From the NCBI RefSeq assembly GCF_004010195.1, contig NC_057719.1, forward strand, positions 37,630,547 through 37,694,546: 64,000 nucleotides of DNA, in the 5' to 3' direction. This DNA is from Chiloscyllium plagiosum (taxonomy: Eukaryota). The notes below the pieces were generated by a model that saw only the letters and a program-made list of their open reading frames with translations, searched no databases and was not told the origin of the DNA. Made by a program: the position numbers and the translations under genes. Shown here piece after piece: positions 55,336 to 64,000 of this stretch (its first letter is position 1; every line of letters starts with the position of its first letter).

Positions 55336-57917
55336 CCCCACTACTATAATGACTTTTATGTTAAGGTGGTAATTGTATTGGACTCTCCACAAAGATCCCC
55401 CAGAGATCCTAGCAAGAACCCTGAAGTGTAAAGGTTAAGGACAACATGCTCTTTCAGTGCTTCTAGCACTAGGTGCCTTCTCATATTGTTCCATGCTATG
55501 TTTTTATAAATCATCTTGCATATTAAAGTTACTGTCATGAAAGGCTCTTCTTCTACTCTACCTTGTACGTGTCATGTTCGGAGTACTGTCTGTAATTTCT
55601 TCCAGCAGGGTAGTGGCACCTCCACTGAGCTCATCTCTCAAGCATCCCTCACCGGCCTCTTTCCCTTTCAACAGCTCCTGGGCATGCATGTTGGCAAAAG
55701 TATTGCTGCTGCCTCCTGCCAGCTGGTGTCCTCTCCTTCCTTTTCCCTGCTCCTCAATTGAGTAACTTCCACTAGAATCACTCTTTGGCTCAATGCAGAT
55801 TTAAGAGCTTCAACTAAACATTTTCACAGCATGTTCTCAGGCTCCCTAAAGATATGAGCTTTTGAAATGTACAAGAGGATGTGACAAATAGCAATTGATG
55901 AAATAAAGAAACAAAGAAAGCCTATCAGACTTGTTGCACTCTCAGCGTCAGATTCCTAACCCCATGCGCTGTCATTTTGCTGAGAGCTTTTACCCTGCCC
56001 TTATTTAACAAAGAGCTGTCTGTCACAATTTGCTTTCACTGCTCAGCCCAACTGCAAAGCTGCAGAGCTCCATACAATTTAATTCAATTGGCCAATAAAC
56101 TGTAGATGAATTGGCTTTTAACTGAGTGTTCGTAAGTCTCTGACTTTTGATAGTGTTCGCTATCTGTAAGATCACATCAGGCATGGTGAAGTCAGAAACT
56201 TCTCCCATCATCAGTCTTGATTTTATGGTGTACCAGAGACTTCATAGTGTACCAGGAAGGAAACTTGTGCACCCCTGCCCCACTCAATTCTGTCCCACTA
56301 TTAAAGTGATGTGGACCAGAGTGGACGTATTGGATCAATCAGTGGCACCACCCTTTCTCAGAGCCAAGATCTCAAATCAAGTCTAGAACTGGATTGAAGT
56401 TTAACTTCATTCTCCACTTTCCCTTTATTGCTATGAATAATTTTATTGGCTCCCGACTCAACTGCTCTAATTTAATCTTTTCTGTATAAACCTCTGTGAC
56501 ATTTAATCCTTTTCAATATTTCTACGGCCTTGCCTTCTATAGAGTGAGCAATTTAAAACTGAAGTGAGAAAGATTCAGTGGGTGAAACCTTTATTTCTTT
56601 TGAAACCTCTATCTCAGAAGGTTACAGAAGCTCCACTGTTGAGGAAGTTCAAGACAGAAATCCATAGATTTCTTGATAATAATGAAGTCAAGCGGTATGA
56701 CACTGAAATAGATGATCAGTCACAATCTAAATGGATGATGAAGCAAGCTTGATGGGCTAAATAACATACTCCTGCTTCTAAACTCACTTAATTGCTAAAC
56801 AATTCAATCCAGCTATGTAGTGTCCCAGCAAACATTCGTATATACACTCATGCATGCATTTTCCTCACTTCCCATTTGGTGGCCTTATCGAGCGCAACCT
56901 GGTTCCCTTCTCTGGAATTCCCTGCCTAACCTCCACTGACTTAACTTGGTTCTCTTCTCCACTGCAAAGCTTTAGAAATTCAGCTCTTCAACCAAGCTTT
57001 AGTTACATCCTCTTCATTGCTCCTTTACTGCTCATTATCTTTAATCCAAACTCGCCTCATCAACTAAGTATCATGCTGTGCCCCTCTTGTCCATGCCAAC
57101 TGGATTCTACCATTTGCCGTACCTGGAAGAATTTGCCACTGCCAGGTATCCTGGAATTGTCCAATATCCCTGGCATCTGTGATTCTTTACAAAGGCTATT
57201 GCACACCTAGAGAAGGACTGTCAGTCAGAGCTGCTCTGCACAATTCATGACATTTGCCCAGATATAGCAGATAAGGAAATGTTGGCATCCTATGAAGCAG
57301 ACAAGGCACCTGATAGTCCTGATGAATGAGGGCATGTAGGACTGGCAGAAGACACAATGCCATCAGACAGTGCGATCCTCATCCAAGGTTCCTACCTGGT
57401 TCATTCAGTATCAGCTGTCTGAAGGAATGCTCAGTCAGTCAAGGAAGGTCAAAGACCTTCTTCAAGGTCAAGGTCTCCATGCTGTCAGCATAAATGTCAT
57501 CATCTGCTTTCACTCTATTTCTCCTACTGTACCTCCTGCCTCTGAAGTCATGGTCTCCTACTGTAACTATTGCAATCAACATCTTCCCTCACTCGCTCTC
57601 ACCTACCATTCCTACCTGTCGTCCACATTATTCAACACTATATGCCCTCTGTGCTGCCTATTTTCTCCCCGGGACACCTCATCATCTTCCCTCTACCTGC
57701 ACCAGCATGAACAGCTGTGCAACAAGTTTTCATCTCCTTTTATACCTCCCTTTCTCTCATTCTAGAGTAAACAGTCCAAAAGCAGGCAGAAAGAACCATG
57801 ACAGTACTGGGCTGCCTGACAATGGGCTCCTCACACTCTGCATGAAGAGAATCCAAACTCTGACTATCCATTACCAACTGGTTGACTGTGTCCAAGCCTC
57901 TGGACTGCTGTTGTTGT

Positions 57918-58003
57918 CTGCTATTCTGTTCTATTGTATTCTATTGTATTGTATTGTATTGTATTCTATTCTATTCTATTCTATTCTATTCTATTCTATT
58001 CTA
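57918..58003. repeat. (TATTG/TATTC)n pentanucleotide microsatellite
   Basis: Visible tandem units. Confidence 0.95.
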
Positions 58004-58965
58004 TATGGGACCAATTCATACAGAGCTCTGAATAACATGGGCTATAGCAAGAAATCTAGGAGAATCACATGAGAAGTTAGGAAAGGACTTTCTTGATATT
58101 GAGAACAATTTGTTGTATTTTCAAACAGAGTCCGAGGATCAAGTGACATTCTTGCGAGGGAGCACTGTGTCCTCTGCCAGTCTTTCATGCCCCCATTCAT
58201 CACAACCTCCAGGTGCTTTGTCTGCATTGTGGGATGCCAACCTGCCATGTCTGGCTAAAGAGTGTTTCTCTGAACTTGATTGAGACCTTCTGACAATTAT
58301 TACAAGCTTCCTGAGTATGTGTCTACACTAAAATGACAGACCACAAAAAGATAAGCAAAGCAGGAATGATAAGAGCATCCAAAGTGAGTGAGTTCTGAGA
58401 GGGTAAACAAAATTGAGATGCAGCCTGATCCAATTTGTGAGGTGGGTGCCTGCTCCTGCAGATAAAATGTCTCTATAGCAACATTTCTGTGATAGTTGCC
58501 AGTGACCCTGAATTCCAGCTTTAAAGTGTAGAAGTGGAGTGAGAATAAGCCATGATGACTTAATGTCCATGGAAAGCAGCTTGAGATGTTGGTGCATGGT
58601 GTCCAAGAGAAGCAAGCTGCAAGCTAAAGTCATCAGATACCAGCCTGACATTGTGTTGAAAACTGTTGATGTCTAATTTCCTTGCAACAGGTTATAGGAT
58701 AGGAAGCTGCATATTAATGAGTTAAGATTTGTAGTTAATGAGACTGTAATAAACAATAGTTCCTCTTAATAGGCAACTTGCCGCTCCCTAGCAAGAATCT
58801 CACTTTGATGCCTCAAACTCTGTTTAAAAATACAACAAATTGTTCTCAATATCAAGAAAGGCCTTTCCTAATTTTGCATGTGATTGTCCTAGATTTTTTT
58901 GGCATAGCCCATGTCATTCAGAGTTCTATATAATTCAGTCCCATTTGGAATAGAATAGAATAGCA
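57918..58965. repeat. Inverted repeat, arms ~57918-58163 and 58783-58965
   Basis: For example ctttcttgatattgagaacaatttgttgtattt versus aaatacaacaaattgttctcaatatcaagaaag. Confidence 0.88.
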
Positions 58966-59236
58966 ACTTATTGTCATATGCATTTCTGCAAAAAAAAACG
59001 TTTATAAGTCACTGTAACATGGCACCTAAATTAATAACATAAATAGAAGACATAAATAAGGAGAATAAAAAGTAAAAGTTCATCACAGTTCAAATAGTAG
59101 CTCCATGGCTCCATTGGAAAACAATCGGCCAGGCCAAGACAGCCAAACTAGGCCGAGAGTGCCCCACCATGTCACAACAAGACCTCCACGCTGGGACTAG
59201 ACCTCCACACTGGGCAACTGGAAGGTCCAAAAGCAG

Positions 59237-59414
59237 CCTGGTACAATTGCAACATTTAAAAAGCATGAGTAAATGAATAGGAGGGGTTTAAAGGGATATG
59301 GGCTGGGTGCTGGCAGGTGGGACTAGATTGAGTTGGCATATATGGTCGGCATGGACGGGTTGGACCGAAGGGTCTGTTTCCAAGCTGTTCATCTCTATGA
59401 CTCTATAACTCTAT
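59237..59414 (+). mobile_element. CR1 extreme 3' end
   Basis: Matches 11576-11756. Confidence 0.88.
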
Positions 59415-59711
59415 GAGATCTCCATGCCAGGACTATTCCTTCATGCTGGAATACCCAGGAGCCACTAAAGAAGATTTCCATGCCACGATGAGACCTCCGG
59501 GCTGGGACAAGACTGTTGGGATAAGGCCGAGACCACCCCTCCTAGACAAGGCCAAAAACCAGGATACCGCCAGACTGGGAAACCGTATCACCAGGCGCCA
59601 TGGCAATTTTGCAATTCTGGGCCACTGCAAACTCCACACTAGGTCTGGGCTGGGAGAAGACGCCTTCCATCAAAGTTATTAAAAGTAGGTAAGGTACCAT
59701 AATAAATGGAC

Positions 59712-60026
59712 ATGATTTGGAGATGCCGGTGTTGAACTGTGGTGTACAAAGTGTCTATCTATGTGTGTCTGTCTGTCTGGGTTGGGGGTTGTGAGTGTGT
59801 GTAGTAAGTGTAGAGTGTCTAAAGTCTGTGAGGGGGTGCATGTGTGAGTGTGGTAGTGTGTGTGTCTGTAAGGGTGTGTGTTGGTGTCAGTGTGCACGTC
59901 TGTGTATATGTGTGTCCGTGTGTATAGGAGTGCCTCTGTGTGTGCGTGTGCATGTGTGTGTGTGTGTAGGAGTGTCTGTGTGTGTGTATAGTGCAATGGT
60001 GGTCACCTGTACTGTGACATGAACCC
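59712..60026 (-). mobile_element. Deleted PLE family B fragment (TG-rich)
   Basis: gatttggagatgccggtgttg as at 7321, joined to the TG-rich segment as at 7860-8045. Confidence 0.75.
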
Positions 60027-61793
60027 ATTTTGTCTTATATGCAGGGGCCATTACTAAAGGTTATTCCCAGTGTGGCACCTGATAGATATTCAATGGATTG
60101 ATTTGTCTGTAGCAGGGATAATATATCAAGTTATGTTTTGCAAGAGGAGGGAACTAATTAATTTCTTGCAGGAGAGTTCCTTGTTTCCTTTCTATCTCCC
60201 CTAGAAATTCCTGCACATTGAAAACATTCAACATTTTAAAGAATTCAGTTTGCCATATTATTAAAAAGAGCTAACTTTTAAAAGAGCATTTAAAATAGAT
60301 CAGAGGGTGCACAGAAGTACTTTATGAACCTAATAATAGATTCTTATCGCAGAATTCCTAGTTTATTTCTCTCAACCACACAGGTCCCCGAAAGTATTTA
60401 CAGAGTTGCTATCAGCTTAAACAAAGCACCTGAGTTCAAGAGAATTGACAAGAGCATCTAGTCACTATGGGAACTGTTTAGGATCGATTCTGCAGAAAAA
60501 GGAATTGTCAAGTGGATGATAATTTTCACAATCCTATTTTCTTTGATAAAGTTCAATGATCATTGGAATATTTTAGAATGAATATTACAAAAAGGTGCAT
60601 CATACAGTTTTAATGAAGGCAAATAACCTTACCAAGAGTAAATCAAAAAGTTACATTTTTCTCAATTTGTAATATTATTACTATAATTCTCTGACAAACT
60701 GAGTTTTCATGATACTATTTGTTAAAGGAAAAATACCCCTTTATACTTGTTTCTGTCAGGTTAGTTTTATTTTCTGCAGAAGTCAGAAAGGCATAAAATA
60801 CAAGTTTGAAATGAAACTTTTGAACATATTACACTTTTTCATAGAAAATACAACTGTGACCTTTAAGGCCATTATTCAATAGCATTCTCAAAAATCTCCA
60901 GCATAGCTCAAGTTTTTTTCACTTTCAGTTTTCCTTCAGAAGCTTTGTGAATTTGAATGCTTGTAGGAGAAACACATTTCTTCTCCCTTCAATTTGTCTT
61001 GTTGGCGATTATGACCACTTTTCCCTGTCTCTTCCAAATTTCAGAACTGTGCATGTTCCCAATCTGTCACATGTTGTTATGCCTTTCTGAATCCACATAG
61101 CTGTTCTTTATGTGTGAGCATGGGCCAACCCATCACAGGTAAGTCCAATCTGTTACCTTTATTTATACTGCTCCCCGAATGTCATCCAAGTTTGAAGACT
61201 CTGGCCAAGACTGTTCTCCAGATGGAAATACTGTATTGAGATCAATTGTAGAACCTCGACTAGCCCAGCTTAAACTAATATGTCAGCACAGGAAAGGAGC
61301 GTTGCAGGATGCAGTGCTGATTCCCAAAGCATAGCTGGTCTATTAAGCAAGTATCTAATTTAATGCTGTCTCAAAGTTCGAACTCTGAAATAATTTATAT
61401 TACAAATGCAAGTGAGTCAACTAGCCCTTCTTGAAAATGGTTAAAGCAGGAATGTTAGCCTGTTTGAAACAAATTCATACTTAACTTTGTCATATATATT
61501 ATTGCAATACTATTGGCTAAATTCTATCACCTATACTAATTAAGAAACATTTTCCTTAAGACTCATATCATAATTTAATATTTTGGAAATCATCCTCAGA
61601 TTGGTGATCATAGCACATCCTCCTATCTTTAAAGTGAACTATATCAATGTTCTCGCATTCAGCATCTGGTCTAAAAGTCTTGGAAAACTTGGCATATTGA
61701 TCAACCAGCAGTTTATGAATTGCATTTAATTCCTGAAACTATAATTAGTTTCGGATTTCTTTCAAGATAAACTACTTCTATGATCTTGATTCT

Positions 61794-61891
61794 TCACATT
61801 GTTGCCCTTAAGCTTCTTGACTTCATGTAGACAGTTGAATTACTATCCAATACTAGCTTGGTGCTGCTTCTGAATGAAACCAAGTATCGCC
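61794..61891 (-). CDS. Candidate terminal coding exon of an unidentified gene
   Basis: Acceptor ctgatgtatttttctacAG; longest frame RYLVSFRSSTKLVLDSNSTVYMKSRSLRATM*; followed by repeat-free AT-rich DNA with AATAAA. Protein not recognised. Confidence 0.3.
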
Positions 61892-63096
61892 CTGTAGAAA
61901 AATACATCAGTTATTAACTTGACTGTCTTAAACTCCCAAAATTATCCCTTGCTTTATTTTGTACCAATATTCCTACATTAAATCTAAACAGAAAAATCAA
62001 ACTTTTCCATCTGTATAACAATCACCATCAAGATAAGATAGAGTTAAACAATGAAATATCATGCAATTTGCTACAGTCACTAATCATCTTAATTTATAAA
62101 GTTTAATTCAAACTTTAACCACGTTATTCTACTTAGTTTATAAAGGCAGAAAAGTACCAACATTTCCTTAGGTTCTCATCATTGTTAGTAATTCAAAACA
62201 TTGTTATAGCCCGATAATCACTGCACCACAAATACATTTGAGCACATTTGTGTGGAATACTGACCTTCTGCACACAAAAAACACATGAGGAAACAATGTG
62301 ACCACAGCTCTCGCCTTACATTGCTCAGTGTGGTGAGGAATACCTGGACCATGCATTTCTGACTACATGTTTTTAAATTTCTCAAGGCATGTTTGGATAA
62401 GCCAATTGGAATATTTTGCAAGAAATAATATTGTTTTTAATTTAAGCCATGACAAAAATAGCAGTGACTGAATTTTTTGCCATTTACAATCCACTGAATT
62501 TCTATCTCTTAGAGTAATAAGTTGCTCATGGATTTGACTCAGTTTAAAAGGATTGAGTTAAACTCTATGATACCAACAAAACCATATCTAAGTTGCTTAA
62601 GATTTCTTCGATTCACAACATGATTTTGCTTGCTGTCACATGCACATTAAACAGTTCACTAATTGGTGAATCCAGTAAAATATTTTTAATATTGTGTCCA
62701 CGAGAAATGATCAATCTCACAGATACAATTTACTGTTACTAGATATTATACATTTCTTTCCCCCTTATCTGAGGTTGACTTCATCATGGAGATCTCATTT
62801 GCAAAAAAAAACTGCACTTACAATGTTGCCAGAGATTACAACTTACATTGGAACTGCAAGTCAGATTCCAAAGTCAGGCTAAGAGATCAACTGGCCCCAC
62901 CTTTTTAGCTCAGCATCTTTAGCATTCTAGTGAAGTGGGAACCTGAAAGCAATGTTCAAGGTGATACTAATGAGTAGCTAAATGCGTGAGCATGCTACGT
63001 ATCTTGAATGTTCTTCTCAGTTGTGACCTCCATGCTCAGACTCTTTATTCAAAAAGAAACATCAGCTCCTTTTAAAGTCTCCCTGGCTGTATTATG

Positions 63097-63414
63097 GGCG
63101 GCACGGTAGCACAGTGGTTAGCACTGCTGCTTCACAGCGCCAGAGACCCGGGTTCAATTCCCGCCTCAGGCGACTCTCTGTGTGGAGTTTGCACATTCTC
63201 CCCGTGTCTGTGTGGGTTTCCTCCGGGTGCTCTGGTTTCCTCCCACAATCCAAAAATGTGCAGGGGTTAGGTGAATTGGCCATGCTAAATTGCCCGTAGT
63301 GTTAGGTGAAGGGGTAAATGTAGGAGAATGGGTCTGGGTGGGTTACGCTTCGGCGGGTCGGTGTGGACTTGTTGGGCCGAAGGGCCTGTTTCCACACTGT
63401 AAGTAATCTAATCT
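63097..63414 (+). mobile_element. HE1-type V-SINE, near full length
   Basis: A/B boxes, V domain, CR1-like tail, TAATC repeats; near-identical to 31406-31726. Confidence 0.9.
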
Positions 63415-64000
63415 ATTAGGGTGTTGGAAGCCATCATTCCACTCATTAAATTTTCATGTTAAGTCCTATGTTAGCTAAACTACTATTGCTACACCATTAA
63501 CATACTTGCATGTAAAGTAAAACAATTCTGTCTTGTCCTGAGTAATTAAATTATTATCCAATTGCCTGCTTAATTCCTGTCTCCATTATTTTGTCAAAGT
63601 GTGCACCTCTGACTTTTCTGCTGCTGTCACACAAAAACAGTTGGGCTTAGTGAAACCAGTCCTCAACTGATAATAATTATCAGTTTATTATCATCATTAA
63701 TAAAAAATCAAAGTTGAATCAATTCATTGCCTCCTGAATTTTCATGCTACTTTCTTTTCAATTTTTAAGTTCTTAATTTCCTAACAGTGTCATAATGGCT
63801 TTCACTTCTTTATACACATTATTATGAATAAATCAGATTCTCTCTGCTAGCACTGACTAGTGGACTATTTCATGAGATATTGGTCCCTATTGAGCTTGTC
63901 ATAACCTGTATCTATATTCAATGCAATAAATATGATAACAATACCAAGCCATGTTTTCTGCTGGGTAAAAGTGAAACTTTGGCACTGTTGTTGAGAGTGG

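Noticed and set aside
57494..58072. 192-aa hydrophobic ORF
   Set aside because: Composition comes from pyrimidine-rich sequence and a pentanucleotide microsatellite; no recognisable domain

Overview
Eukaryotic, repeat-saturated vertebrate DNA. The repeat repertoire (HE1/V-SINEs, Deu-domain SINEs, abundant CR1 LINEs) points to a cartilaginous fish, probably a shark; this is inferred from family recognition. No intact multi-exon gene or intact transposon ORF is visible, and nearly all listed ORFs are pieces of retroelements or noise. Contents: many CR1 fragments, two decayed Gypsy pol remnants, a Rex1/Babar LINE, PIF/Harbinger transposase and Myb/SANT remnants, and many Penelope-like elements (PLEs). 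The PLE termini of three distinct families each carry a minimal type-I hammerhead ribozyme with family-specific, compensatory stems. Structural oddities: a 1.8-kb PLE palindrome with a TSD nested in a CR1; ~90-190 bp PLE mini-insertions bounded at the ribozyme; a 540-bp tandem duplication; a templated insertion flanked by a 155-bp duplication; and a long inverted repeat. A candidate minus-strand terminal coding exon plus 3' UTR lies in the repeat-poor 60-62 kb region. Repeat boundaries are by-eye estimates.
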